Below, piece after piece: positions 27,336 to 42,229 of a DNA stretch of 64,000 nucleotides. Every line of letters begins with the position of its first letter. Positions within the stretch are counted from its first letter, which is position 1. Location of the stretch: NCBI GenBank assembly GCA_028534125.1, contig CM052816.1:59398001-59462000 (forward strand), written 5' to 3'. Position numbers and translations under genes: made by a program. A model generated the notes under the pieces. That model was not told where the DNA came from and made no database searches. It saw only the letters and a list, made by a program, of their open reading frames with translations. The DNA is from Lama glama. Taxonomy: Eukaryota.

Positions 27336-30300
27336 ATGGTGTATTTTGAAAAAGGCATTTTCAATATTTAAATAGACCCAAGGGGAAACATGGGACAATG
27401 ACTCTAACATATACTTTGATATGTTCTACCCTAGTTCATTAAATTTCATTCCTCAGTACTCAATAGATAATATTATTTAGCAATAAAATCATCTTATTCT
27501 AACCTCTCTGAACCCCTCTCCTTTAAAAATGGAAAATTGACTTTTTGCTATCTGAAAAAAAATAGTAAGATTTAAGTTAGAAACGTGAAATACTTTGAAA
27601 TTATAAATAATGATACAAAATCTCAAATACGTTTCTGTAGTTAAGACACAGAGATAGCAAGAGATACTTCAAGTGAGCTGCTTTCTGATAAAGTAACATT
27701 CTTAAACATTAGAAATTATTTCTAAAAAAGGACAAAAATAAAACCAGCAGTATTTAATGCAGATTCACAATTGGCGATCTTACTAACAACCTCAAGTCAT
27801 TCTGAAACCTTCATTTTCTAAAACCCAGCAGCAGGTTGGAAGCCTCACGGTGGCCGTGGCACCACATGCAGTCAGAGAGCACGGAGGCAGTTTTCCTCCT
27901 CAGGGTAAAGTCTGGAAGATGACAATGACAACTCAACAGTCCCTCTGGCTTTACAGTGCAGGCTCACCCAATGACTATGCTAATGTGTTACCGCTTGGGT
28001 ACATATTTTAATACTTCTATCACATAAATATGAAGAGGTCAGAATAAACAAATCTTTATAACCTGAATCGACAAATGTTATAAACATCACCCTCTACCTG
28101 TAGCCTTGGAAAATTTAACAAACAACCCACCAGACAAATCCCTTCGAACTCGGAGCACAGATCATGTCAACAAATTTAATTATGCTGCAAAGATAACAGT
28201 ACAGGGGAGGCATCCATGAATGTCTTTTAATTCACTGATTAACTCCAAAGGGTAAAATGCGAAGAGTCCCAAATCAACTTAGATGTCAACAATTGCTGAG
28301 TGCCCACCAAACGAGGGAGAGGGTGAATTCTCGCTGTTGAAACAGATCTTAAAATCATATAGTATGTAGATCTGCAAAAACTTTGGACCAATTTGGCACT
28401 TTATGTAGCAATAATCCCATGGGCCAACCTCCAGTCAGGGTTTGCAATGAGGTCATGTGAGCACACCTACCCAACCATCCTTGCTTGTTTCTCTTCCCTA
28501 AGCCCCTTCATTATTTCCCCTTCATGCTTCTGGGCTGTATTACTGGAGAAACACTACTTGTGAGAAATTGTATTTTCTGAGTTTTGTTTCTCCAACAACT
28601 CTAATGAGCAGAACTGGAGAAACTTTTATTGATCAAGTGTCAGTAAGAGGTTAAAATAAAAATACAGCCAAAACTCAGAAGACACAGTATTTACTTATTT
28701 AAAATTAGAGAATACTGGAATTAGGAGAGTTATGGAATTTACAGAAAGCAGAGTGGAATTTCTGATTCAAATAATATATCACAGAGATTTCTATTTCACT
28801 TATGCTTTTATCTTTACCATCTTGGATATGAGGCCTGATCATCAAATTACAAACAGTCTCCCAAAATACAGTGTAATAAACTCACAGTGGGAACTTCAAT
28901 ACACATCAAATTTTGACAGGACAGGAGAATCCCCAGGCACTGCACAACACAAGCTACCAACTGAGACTAGATCAAGAGATGAATACAAACACCCCCAAGC
29001 AAGAACCGGAGCAGAGAAGATATTCCTGCCATGCTTCAGGTAGCAGAAAGCCACTGGGAGAGAGTTCTGCTTATAAAATTAAACAGAAAGGTCTGCTACT
29101 TGCCTGTTTTGTCTTAATTGCAGAGTTATATTTTATCAGAACATTTAAAAAATGTATAGTATGTGGAATTATCATAGCAAAAACAACGTATCACGGGTCT
29201 TTTATATAAATTAGTAAGTAGGAACAATACATAAAATTTTTTAAAGTACACAATATGAAGTATTCTGATGACATTTCATTAACCTGACATTTTAGGGAAA
29301 CTGTACCCAAGTAATTAAAATAAAGCCAATTTCTACTTCACTTTGACCTCCTCTATTTAAGATTCATTTCACCAAAAGCCTAAAACACTGGTTTGATATT
29401 GAATGCTATAAACTCAATCAAGCCCTCATAAAATAAGATATCATCCATCATGCAATTATGCTTCTCGTTTCTAGCTAACATACCAACTTATTATCTATTT
29501 TAGTCATTAAACCAATTTTACATCCTTCTTCAGGGAAATCTGCTAGCAACAAAGACACAAATATGCCACGGCCAGCTACACTGCTAACATCTGTTTTCCT
29601 TTACTACGAAAAACATGGATATGTGAAGGGCATCTTACGCTGGTGTTCTTATTTGCCAGAAGTACCAAATTCTCCCTCTTCTGGAAGCTACGTAGCATAT
29701 GTAAGGCACCATTTGTTGTTAAATTTCAGAATTCTAAATGTCTATTTTCTCAAACTTTGACTCACTGAAGAAGTGCTTATTAATCAGAATTTTGCCTGTT
29801 TTAGACAAAGATGTATTCACCTAGAAACCAGAAAAGACTGACATCGAAGTTATCAAAGGATCTATTTACAATGAAGTTGAAAAGTTAAAAGAGAGACACT
29901 TTTAGCATATAAAGTTCTACCTTAATGACAAAGAAAATTGTATTAGAACATCACATTAGCTCAGTTGCTAGCAAACAAAATAGACTCTCTTCACTTAACA
30001 GCTCACTTAACAGGGCTTTATTTATTAGGTTGTACAGATGTGAACATTGGACCCCTTACCCATTTTGAAAAAAGAACACAGAATGAAATCTCTAAAGCTA
30101 GAAGCCTTAATGAAAGCCACTGATCATGTATCTCACTTAAAAAAAATGCGTATCACAGCTGGGATTCGAAATGACACAGACCATGTTAGACTGGCAGAAA
30201 GCTTTTCCTCAAATATCTTATCTGTAACCTTGAACTTAGCTGTCACCACAGCTCCAGGAAAGAGAGAATCAAGTCCTTCCTTTCAAGTAACAGGCCGGAG

Positions 30301-32879
30301 AGAGGAAGGAGGAGGCCCTTCTCCCTGGGAGATGAAGGGGTTTCCTTCCCCCACCCCCTCCTGGGTGGCTGGTCAATTCCTGGCGGCTGGGCCAGCTCAG
30401 GGCAGAAGCAGCAAAGTTGAGAATCCTTTCTCTTCTTGACAATTTCCCTTTCAAGTAACTGTGGATGTGGAAATCGTTCACTAGGGTTACCTTCCTTTCT
30501 CACATTTCTGGGGCAAAAGAAATTTTAAATTTTAAATTAACAGGACTAATGTCTTAAAAACCAAAAATTTAGTAAGAAGAAAAGAAATGCTGGTGCTCCT
30601 GAGAGGGAGAACTCTGTTATAATACATAACTTAATGCATGAGTAACCGATTCTGTCATGAGAGTGGTGACAATTTTATCAAAAACTACGATCACCTTTGT
30701 TTTTTCAAGGCCAACTCTTCAATCAATTATACTGATGACATCTTTCCAAAATCTTTTTCACTTCCTACTATAACACAAAGGGCAAACAGTTCAATTTTTA
30801 CACCTGGGTAAAAATCTCTGATTTTCTGATTCAGTTTTCTGGTTGTTCAGAAGTTAAAGACAGGACTCAAAGGCCCTGATCTTCAAATATCCTCTGACCA
30901 GGATATTTGATATTTTCTCCCAAAAGCAGCGTGATCAATGAACAATGGGTTGTCAGCACCGAAGTCAGAGATCTTACCCTAATCATTCAAGGGCATTAAC
31001 CACACAGTCCCCCACTTCCCAGCACAGTCTCACTTAAGCAGGAGGGAAGGTGAGGAAAGTTATGACAAGGCAGGTTCTGAACTAAAATAGAATTCATAAA
31101 GGCAGGAGTACATGAAGCAAAGCAAACCACCTCCACAGGTATTATGACTGCACGTAACAGTGTGCGTTACAACCATGGAGCTCAGTGAAGGCGTGTGATT
31201 TGGGATCAGGTCACTATCTTCTGGGACCTCTGTACAGTGCAGTCAATTTCGGTGATTTATTACACCCTTGCTCTCTAGACGGAGCAACCGTGGAGGGACA
31301 CTCAAATGTTGAGTGTGAAAAATGGAAAAAATAATGGCTGGGGAAACCATGAAAGCAAACACAAGTTGCAGGCGTTTTTCTTTTTCTGTTTAGAAAGATT
31401 TTTTATCAAAACTTAAAATAGGCCACACCAAGTGTGTGCTTATTGTTTAATATGTGGAACCAGCTGGGACCCCTTGTCAAAGAGTCCAAAGTGGGAGCTG
31501 GGGGAGGGGTGTGTGGACGGGGTCTAGAAGTGGGTATGAACTCAGATTCCTAAGTGAGCTTTCAACTAGCAGATTTCAACATCCTATACAAACTAACGCA
31601 ATCGCAGTCTCACTAATCTAAATATTCAGGATGAGTGTGCCTTTAATTAAAGGGTCTCAAAACACTGTCTCAAGAAATCTCCCCACTGGACAGCTTACTT
31701 ATGAAAGACATGAATACATTCTCATTCCCTTATCCCTAAGTCCCCACTTCCATCAACTCATTACCCTGTGTCGGGGGGAAGTGTGGAAGCAACGGCTGAG
31801 CGGGGCTGTGCGTGCAGAACGGGATGCTGGCGTGTGACCAGCCTGACAGAGCTGGAGGATGGCCTTTCAGAGCACAGAACACTCAGTGACCAGCAGGAGA
31901 TTGTTTTTTCAAGTGGGATCCTATTAAACTCAGAACAGTTACGAAAAGTAAGGCAAAGAAAACAAAGCTGTTTCTGTATTCATTTTATTCCAAAGGACCT
32001 ATGTCTTAGGTGAAAGTTATGAGCAACCAAGTTAAACTCTACCCACACCTGTATTTTAAGGTCTCAGTTTAACAGGTCAGCATTTAAGTAGATGGGAGCT
32101 ACTAGTGTGTGAAGTGTGATGGATTTGTTTCCAACTCTTACATCTCTCCACTCTCGCCTTTCGTCCTTCAGCCCCTTTCTCACTTCCATATTCTTGGGTT
32201 TATATGTGGTTTCTCAGTTAATATAGAGCTAAAAGCTCTTATTTTTCTTATGTTTTAAAATGCTTAGGTCTGTCTAGATGTTAGGGTGAAAATTCATTTG
32301 ATGGAAATACTTGTGTAAAGACCCAATTGCTCCTCTGGAGCTTTATGTTCAAGAATGATTAATCTGTGTAATAAACTGATTACTATAGTCATTACCAAAA
32401 ACAAACAAAAAACACCCTTGCACCAGACATGGAAGAGGTTCTCCCCAAAGGTAAACTGTGGTTGTGGGACAATGAAATGTGATGCTCAGATCGGCAATTT
32501 TAGCTTCCACGCAAAGAGGAGATAAAAGGGGGAGAGAGAGCATCAAATCTGTGCCCAAGGACACTTGCTGATCTTGACACATGTTCCGGTCATTTTGCTT
32601 AAGTGGCCAATGGAATGCGCTCAGCTCAACAAGCTTTCCCACTAGCAGAACTACCAGTCCTAGGAAATGGGGTGGAAAATAACAGTTTTTGGAGACATAG
32701 CCTGCAACGATCAAGGCCAAAGCTGGAAGACTCCTCAGACGTAAATGATGTGAATAACAAACCATGATTTCCAAAACGAGAATGGGCTGTTAACAGCCTT
32801 GTGTGCCTGCATGTGCCACACAGAGCACATGGCGCATTTCCAAAGTCACATGGGATGGGGAAGAGCTAGGTGACGGGTT

Positions 32880-33200
32880 TCAACAGCAAGCATTTGCTCA
32901 CTTGCTGAGAACCAGCTGCACTGCTCTAGATACTTGGGACAACGGCGTGGCATCCAAGGCCCCTGCCTTCACGGAGCCTACAATCTACCAGAGGGAACAG
33001 ACAATAAACAATGTGGTAGGTAAATTCTACAGTAGGCTAGATAATAAATGCTTTGCAAAAGCAGAGGGGCAGACTGCCATGTGAAATGTGGTGAACAGAG
33101 CCAGCCTCCTTGAGAAGAAAGCTTTAAGCAAAGAGTTGAGAGTGGGTCAGCCAAGAGGATGGCTGAGAAGAGCTGTCAGAGCAGAGTTGGGGAAGAACAG
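32880..33200 (-). mobile_element. L2 LINE fragment
   Basis: CACTGCTCTAGATACTTGGGAC...CCCTGCCTTCACGGAGCCTACAATCTA...AGACAATAAAC is typical of an antisense L2 3' region. Confidence 0.65.
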
Positions 33201-36003
33201 CCCCGAGGAGGGGCAGGAGAGGGGACCAGAGGGCACACCAGCCATCTCTCTCGGTCCTGAGTTCATCTTCCATCCCGGCTTTCTAGCATGGAACTAGGGT
33301 TCAGTTTGTATCTACTGAATGATTTCAATTCCAAGAAACACAAGATTATCCAACATACAAATTCAATCCAAACAATAGGCCAGGGTTTCATAAGAAAACT
33401 GTATGCAAGATGGCTTGGTGGAAAGTACATCTTCCTGAAAGATGGTGTACATCAGATCTTCAAATGGGCTTTTGACTCTCTTTCCTCCCAAAAGTTATAT
33501 CTTATTTCCAGGAACATACAAGAAACATGGAAAGGTGGGTTCTACTATCTAAAGGGAAACTCCTCACACAGAGTCTACTTGCGGCCAGGGTTTAAGGGTA
33601 ACTTTCTTTCACAAAGAGAGAAGGTGGTGTGAGCAGCGTGAAGGCAGGCCCTGTTACCCCACATGCATTGTGGCGTGCGCCCACCGCCCACACGGCACAC
33701 CCTCCACAACAAGAGCCTGCGGGTGGGCCTTCGACCGCAGGGGTACCTTCTCAAGAAAATAAAGTCAAACGCGAAAAACAGGCTGAGTCAGTGGAGGGAG
33801 TAAACAGAAAAGAAGGCCAAATAATTCAATTACAGTAAGAAGAGAAAAGGACTATTCTTTCTCACCTTCACACAATTTGTCACTGCAAATGCTTTTCAAT
33901 TAAATACACCCTTAGGCAAAAGAAATCAAAGTCCCATAGGTTCCAATAAATAAATCTGTCCTTAGAACTACTTTCCCTGTCAATCTGACATGCAACTAGC
34001 AGGGACTACTGAATCCTCATTTCATGGGAATCGTGTTTCAATGAGAGCACAATATTCACATTTCCAGAAAATCGAATGTTTAGGACTTTACTCCCCACCC
34101 AACCCCCTATACTGCCTTTTAAGCCTCTCAGTTATTCCTAATTTCTCATTTATATTCAGGCCTGCTCTAATACTTAATGCCCATTTTCATGGGCCTCTTA
34201 AATTGTTAAAATATTTCATTTTACTTGAACTTTCTACATATTAAAAAAAAAAGAAAAAGCTATTAAAAATCTCAATCGTTACCACATTACATGAGAAAGA
34301 AAGCATTATAAAATAGTTTAGAACCTAAAAAGAGAAACTCACTTTTAGGGGAAGACTTGCTTTTCTGTATACGATAACCAAATGAAGTTACACCTGACAG
34401 CAGCAGGTATCAAACACAGTTTTGTTTAGACATTATTTTTACAAAATCTTTTTGTCACTAATCTTGACAAGGTGACCCTTTCCCATCTTTTAAATAAACT
34501 TTTCTAATCCAACTCAGAGACTTCTATGATCCTATTAATCTTTAGTATTTTGGGAGAAATAATATCAGTTTTCCTTTTGAGCTAGCCTACTTATAAGGAA
34601 GTATATCTAACTTACATCAAAAGTCAAATTAAAAATATATAGTGTGGTGGGGAAAAAACAATTACGTATGTATCTTCCCTCTGCTGAATGAAACTATGCA
34701 AGAAACACAATGGTTGACAAAATTATGTGTGTGTATATGTTTCTGTATATATATATGTGCAGAGTCAAGGTTTTTTGATTCATCTGGAAAGAAAAATTAA
34801 TTTTTGCTTTTGAACTGCACAGTGAAACATACCATTTGGACATGAATTCCAAAGTATGGTGTAGTGTTTATAAAACAAGTATTCCTTTTGGATCGGGAGT
34901 GGGAGGGAAAAGTACTTCCCTTCAAGTACCCTCAGTGAGTTTTTGACTTTTATAAAATACTCCCAATTCTATTATGATCCGATGTTAAAAGGCAGCCATT
35001 TACTCTCATTCTCCTTCTTTATTCCTGGTACCTTATGCATCTGTGTGAGACCAAGCCAACGCTGGAGAAGACACAATAGTACCAGGACGTCTTCCAGAAA
35101 CACTGTGATGCCACGGTCAGTTCTACTCGACACAGAACCACTGCAGTTGAGTCCACCCCTTTGAAACACATCTTTCCAGACCTTTCTCGGTCTTTGGGAA
35201 AAAAAGATGATCCAGGGAGAACAATGCTTGAGATTCAATAGTGAGGAAATGAACTAGCCAACAGAGCTGTTAACAGCAAAGCTGAGCAAAAGGCTTGCCT
35301 CTCTGTGAAACAGAACAGAAGAAACACCTCAAGCTCAAGTGGGGACCATCTCCACCGAATGAGGAGAGGGTTTTGGATCAAGGCAATTTCTGTTTGAAAA
35401 GAAGTATTCAGTGATTTCTTCGATGTTGTGTTTTAGCACACTGTTGGCATTAATGCTACATATGACACTGCCCAGGAAGGAAGAGGACTCCCTCTGCGCC
35501 TGCACTAATGACAGGATTGGGTTTCAGCTGCAGCCAGTGCTCCTGGAGAGGAACTAAGAGGTAGACACCGGGTTGTAAAAAGAATGGCTTCTTCACTGAC
35601 TTCTGTGGTCACCTTATTACTCTCTACATTTTCCATGCAGATCACATTAATATAAAACATATTTATATTAGACCTTCCTTCTACTTTCCTAAAATTACTT
35701 CGATATATAATACCAATTACAAGAATAAGAATGCAACAGGTGTTCAACAGCAACTCTAATAATAGTGTTTAGAGGCACTCACTAAACAGGTTCTCAGATA
35801 TCATCTCCCTATTTTTATAACAACTCTCCACCCCACCAACACAAAATTCTAGCCAAGGGATGAATGACCAAACTTTCATGCCCCATAAGTAAAATTCAGG
35901 TCAAGTTGCCAAAACAACTTCAGCCCGGAGCATTTCAGCCCAACCCAACCCAAGACTTTTCCTGTTAAAAAACACAGGTGAGTCATTAAGCAATCACTCA
36001 TCA

Positions 36004-36518
<515 letters not shown>

Positions 36519-36585
36519 CAATGGTGTGACCCGAGTCAGGGCTCCACTTCCTCTGCAGGCTGCAATCCTCCCACTGGCTTCCTTT

Positions 36586-36669
36586 TCAGCGACTTGTCAA
36601 CACGATGACTCCAGGCTGACTCTCACAGCGAGGCCCGATCCTTTCTGACACTCTTGTCACACCGTCCAT
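36586..36669 (-). other. uORF1, 27 aa: MDGVTRVSERIGPRCESQPGVIVLTSR*
   Basis: ATG at 36669 (CAGATGG, G at +4) to TGA at 36588-36586, inside the exon 2 5'UTR. Confidence 0.6.
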
Positions 36670-36779
36670 CTGTCGTCTAATGTGACTGTGGCACGCCACA
36701 CACAAGCTTCACCTACAAAAGGGGAAAACAGGACTTATGAATGAACAGCACACTTGGCCATCTGTGTGAATCTGAATTC

Positions 36780-38050
36780 CTACTGCCATTCAACAAGGAC
36801 TTAATCTGGCAGATGGACACAGGCCGGCAGACTTTTGCTTGACTCAGTATACACAACAAAGATTAATGAGGCAGGCAGGCCCCGCCTTCTAAGAAGGCTC
36901 AGAGAGGGGTGGGAGGGGTGCTGGTGTGTCTCAAAGATAAGATGGGAATCATAACACTAGGGAAATGCCGTAAGAGAGAGAGAAGAAACTCCAGGGAGTT
37001 CAGATGAGGGACAGACCACACCTGACTGCTGGCATCTGAAGACAGAAGAGAATGTGTGGCATGATCTTAGGTACAGATGTGACTGAACACACGTCATATT
37101 CTGGGAAGAGCCGGAACAGGCAGTCCAGGATATCTGAAGCCAGAGAGGGAGTGTTGGATCCAGGTGAGAAAGGTGAGTAGAGCTTGGACGACGCCTTTGT
37201 GCGCCTGTGAGCAATGCCGTCTCCAGCGGGGAGTGGCGGAGGGGCTTGGGGGAAGGGGAGCGGCAAGATGAGAGGTGTGCCTGAAGAGCCTCAGCCGATG
37301 GGCGTGCAGGAGAGACTGGTGTCGGCACAGGGCAAGAAAGCTGTGAAGGGGGTTTTGCAGCCGTCTGGGCACATGGCCACGAAGGCACGACCTAAAGTGG
37401 TAGCAGAAGGTGTGGAAAGTTTAGGGCTGAAGGTGTAGACACCTCAGAGAAGGACGTGTGGGATATGGTAATGCTGAAAACTGGGTCAAAGGTGTCTGAT
37501 CCTGAGTTCCAGAGAAGAACATAGCTGTTACCAGTGTCAGGCAAAGGGGCACCAGGAGGTCTGATGGGCTTGGGGGATGCCAGGCACCAACCGCAAATGG
37601 GCTGGTAGGTTGAAAACCTGGTCTGTGACTGAGAAGAGGGAACATACTTGAGATCTGGAGATCAGCTGCAAAGCAGGCAAGGCCAAACTCAATGGAACAA
37701 AGGAACTCACAGGAAAAACATTACAAGTTAAAAAAAAAAAAGAATAAAAGATCCAAAGACCAAACACTGAGGCTAGTGAACGCCACTGGGAAGGGAAAGT
37801 CAAGGTCTGGAGACAATGTTGCGTCCTGGAAAGAAGGGACAAGAGGGTTCAGGTAAGAAAAGGTGATCACTAAGACTAAAGGGGAAACTGAGGCAGGGCT
37901 AGGTCATCTGGGGCTCTGTCCATCGTGGAATCATCAAGGACTTGAGAAAGCCAGCTCTAGGAGTCCTGATGTAAGGAACCAGAGTTTTAGGAATTAAGGA
38001 ATTGAAGGGAAAGTAGGGGTGGTTACTGCAGATTACTCTATGAAGACAGC
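36780..38050 (-). mobile_element. Diverged L2 LINE fragment(s) in intron 1
   Basis: Purine-rich diverged sequence with L2-like motifs (e.g. TTGAAAACCTGGTCTGTGACTGAGAAGAG...GGAGATCAGCTG). Boundaries are approximate. Confidence 0.45.
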
Positions 38051-39478
38051 TCAATGCAGGGGGAAATGGGAAAAGAAAGTTTTTTTCCTTTTCATTTTTT
38101 AACACAGGGGAGGCAGAGGGACGAGAGAGTCAAAGGCTCTCCGAGTTGGCAGTGGCTTGAACAGCATGGAACAGCGAACACACGGACACGCACTGTGCCC
38201 CGGTGGTTTCTCAACGTTATCTTTGTTGTAAAGAGTAAAAGCAAACTAAAGGTTTCGGTTAAGCTGGCTGAACAATAAAGCAATAAAAACAATAGCCCTA
38301 CAATTTCACTGAGCTATGTCAAAGAGAGCTTTTCTAGGTTTTAAAGAGTGGAGCCCTTTAGAAGTTTAATATTATAGGCACTCTGCAGTGTAGGCATCTT
38401 AAGAAGCAAAATCTAATCGCAGATTAATTGTTCTGCTGGCATTCAGAAGTGTAAAGCATTCAGCCTTACATGGCTAAAGCCTCTTAGCTGTAATACAATA
38501 ACACTCTTAGGAGAGTTACACATTAAAAGAAGCAAAAACAAACACTGGAGATCTTTGTGTAGCAAGAATATTAATTTGGGATAGTACTCTACTTTGTATT
38601 TCAGTCATTAGAGAAAAAAATTAAAGCAGCCAGCAGAACATATGAGAAAAATAAACTATGTTATGTTTGAAGACAACCCCTCCTTTTGATAGATCCAGAA
38701 TCACATTAGATATTCACTGCATAAATTCACGCAAAAATGTAGAACTAGCAAATCCCATTTTTAGTACTAATGTGCTCTGTTACAAATGAGACACAGAACT
38801 CTAAAGAACATGCCAATTTGCATATCCCTAAATGCCTGGAAACCAGGCAATATGCCTAAGAATAATTTAATTCCTCCAAATCTGCCTTGAAATTTTTGTT
38901 AGCTTTTCCTGGCAATGTATGTCTTTTTGGGGGAAAAAAATCCTCCACTAGGAGGCTGGGTAGATCTTTCTGCCAGCTGCTTCCTATGGCTCCCTCTATT
39001 TCAACAACCCAGTAGGCCAGTTTGGTGAGATTCTTAACAGGATGGGAACTATAATGATCGCCCTCTCTTCCTCCTTCTCTGCCCAGCCCCCATCCCTCCT
39101 CTCCCTCCTACACAGCCCTCAGCCACCTCCAAGTCCTGCTCACAGCACACTTATGTCACCAGGGGATACCATGGTAAGAAAAGCCTCCAGGTCTGCTCAA
39201 GGTTTTACAAATCTGAAACCTGTGTTTACGTCAGCCTGAGGCTAAATCCCTGCAAAGAGATAAAGAACCCTCAGGAAGACTCTAACAAGGCCAGACTCCA
39301 GAACAGCAATCCCCACCAGGCGTGCCAGAGACCCACCTGTCTCTACAAAGTCCCCCTCCTCCCCAACCCCACCGTTTTTAAGAAGAACCTTACTTTCTGT
39401 GTAAGACCCCTGTGCAGAACTCTGGGCCTTGACTGACAAAAAGAATCCCACACCTTCTATGACTCCAGGACTGTAAGC

Positions 39479-39493
39479 AGAACACACTGTTCT
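39479..39493. promoter_or_regulatory. Perfect consensus glucocorticoid/androgen/progesterone response element (AGAACAnnnTGTTCT) in intron 1
   Basis: The sequence AGAACA-CAC-TGTTCT is present exactly. Function is not shown by sequence alone. Confidence 0.55.
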
Positions 39494-39819
39494 TGTCTTC
39501 TGAGACTCCACAACCAAGGCCGGGAAGACCAATCAAAATGATGCCAGGTCGGCAGTGATTCAGTGCTAGTTAAGTGGTTGGAAAGCAATTAAGAGGAGCC
39601 CATTCAGAGGGAGAGCTGTCTAGCCATTTGGGTGGTAACTGGAGTGCATCCTATGGTGAGGGACAGAGAGGCCTGGGCAAGAGGGAGGAGCCAGGTGCCC
39701 CTGCCCTGCTGCACACGGTACACTTTCTACTCACAGCCAAGCCCGTTTCAATGACTGTCACTATCATGATCATCATCTAATATTAGAAGTTATAGTAGTA
39801 TTAACTTATTCCATCATCA

Positions 39820-40030
39820 TCATCATTGAATATTTATTGGGAGCCGTATGTGCATTATGTTTGGTACTCAAGACAACTCATGAGTCGGGTACTACCAAAA
39901 CTCTCACTTTACAGAGGAGGAAACTGAAGGGCAGAGAGTTTATAGCGTCTTGGTCATGGTAACACTCAGCTACTGAGAGGTGGAACTAGAGTTCAGATCC
40001 AGGCAGTCGGGCTCCAGAAGCACCACTTTT
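39820..40030 (+). mobile_element. MIR SINE
   Basis: CACTTTACAGAGGAGGAAACTGAAGGGCAGAGAG...GTTCAGATCCAGGCAGTCGGGCTCCAGA. Confidence 0.8.
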
Positions 40031-42229
40031 AACACCACAGAAACCTATTGCCCAAACTTAACTTGCCTGGACAGCCCATGGACAGCTCGGATGTGTCCCT
40101 GGGGTCAACGATGCAGGTTCCTCGCTTGCACACTCTGACCTCTGAGAGTGACCCTGAACGTTTGCCTTTCACTCTCTGTGACAGTGGCCTTACTGAGAAC
40201 GTTTGTGGCTCTCTCACAAAAACACCTGCACAGAAGGCAGCCATTATAACTTGGCAGCAGTCCCCTCAAGTCTGAGACCCAGCATCTTGGGCCATGTAAA
40301 TTCTCTTCCAAAGAGGCTTCATTAGAATGCATCCCTGGCCAAAAAAGTCCATCAAGTGGTGAATAAAAAAATACTGGACACATCACTTCTGGAAGGCTGC
40401 CCACTTCTGCTCTACAAGCTTAAACTTCTGCCACCTGTATTCCTCTTGGCATCTGTGCCCCTCTGCCACTGTCCCAGGCCCCTCACTGCACAACTTCTAA
40501 CTCAGCTCCTCCTCTGGGAGCTATGAAACACCAACCCACAGTCACAAGGGCTACCACAGTTAGAAGGCAGGCAGGTTCTCTTTTCTCTCACCCTCCACTT
40601 CTCCCTCGCTCGGCAGCAGACTGCAGCCTGGGGCGCTGGCAGTGCCCGTCTATTACTGTCCTGTGAGCAACCTGCAGTCGAAACTCTGTGCTGCCCAGAT
40701 TCACAAGCTTGCACCTCTAATCTCTCTGGCTACATATGCCTGTCCATTAAACTATTTCCACCCAGCTCCAACAGAATTATTTCCAGTCAAGGTTTTTATA
40801 TGTGGATAATATCCATCATTCATAATTTAATGTTTACAAATAACCAAGGCAGTTTTATGATACAGGCTCCAAGCTAGTGCATGCCTAAGATACTGTAACA
40901 AAAGGTCTAAAAGGCATCCTATGAACAAATAACAAATTAACTTATTCTTATTTGACATTATATGCGACAGTCCAAAAGTTCCTTCACCACATTATTTTGC
41001 TCCAGTTTCTCAACCCTAAAGACTGCCTGCAATACCATTGATCAGAGGATAGATTTTTCTCTTTCAGCTAAAATACTGAGTAATTCTCATTCTGTTCCTC
41101 AAAATAAAGTTGTTTCAGATGCCCAACAAGTAGCAATCCATGACTTCTTATTGTACAACTGACTGAAAGTAAATTTTCAATTTAACCTTCTAACCCTCAG
41201 GCATTGGGCAGAGAACCAAACAAAATTCTTCTGACTTTGTTGACTTACTCATTCCCCTTTTACAAAGGACAAGGCTTTAGCAAACTTGGTGGGGAGGCAG
41301 GAATACAGGATATTTTCCGATCACTTTAAATAATTCAAGAACATATCCTGACTGTGTGATTTGATCCTACCACGAAATTAGGAGTCCCAGACGAAATGGA
41401 CCTTTAATCCAGCTGCAAAGCTACGGAGTGGTTCCTGGCTCCCTGGTCCTACATTTTATCTCTCCATCATCAGTGTGGTAGCTCTGAGTAGGGCAAGCCC
41501 CCACCTAAATTCACAGTCTCGAGAAAAAAATTTTTTTAATCTTTCCACCTTTCAAATATGGTGTTGTGAAAATCATGAAAACCAAACTGAACAAAGTTAA
41601 AACTAAACATCTACTAAATATAATGAATTTCAGCCTAAAATGATGGGCTTAGGGTAAAATTTCATGGGATGTGAAGTTTATCTCAATTAAAACAAAATAA
41701 AATGATGGGCTACGATGAAGGCTTGCGGCTTCCCAAAGTCACAGTCCTCAAATATCTACATTCATTTTCAAACTAACCAGAACGTGTCTGGGGCTGCTGT
41801 GCTCAGGGCTGGGTCTGCATCACAGGGAAGTAGAGAGTCTAGGCCACAACTCCTTCTGGCAAGCCCCCTGGAGGTGGGGGGACATGAGGGGACAGGACAA
41901 TTTCCAGCCAAACAGCAAGGACACGGGCTTCTCCAGAAAGCCAAGTAAGTGGTAGGATGGCACTGAGCACTGCAGGAGGGGCAGAGAGACCGAGGCCCAG
42001 CTGGAGGCAGCTCTCAGGCTGAGTGGTCATCATCGGGAGGCTGCGGCTTCCAGGACTGAGAAACACATCCCATCACCTAGAAGAGGCCATGGGGTGGACC
42101 ATTCCCACTCTCTGCACCAGCACGGTGAAGAGGCCCTGAGGCGGCGGCTATGGAATTAGTGGACGGAAGGAGATGATCCCAAGTCCCTCCTCTTGTGAAG
42201 AAACAATGCTATTGTGTAAAATTCTTAAG

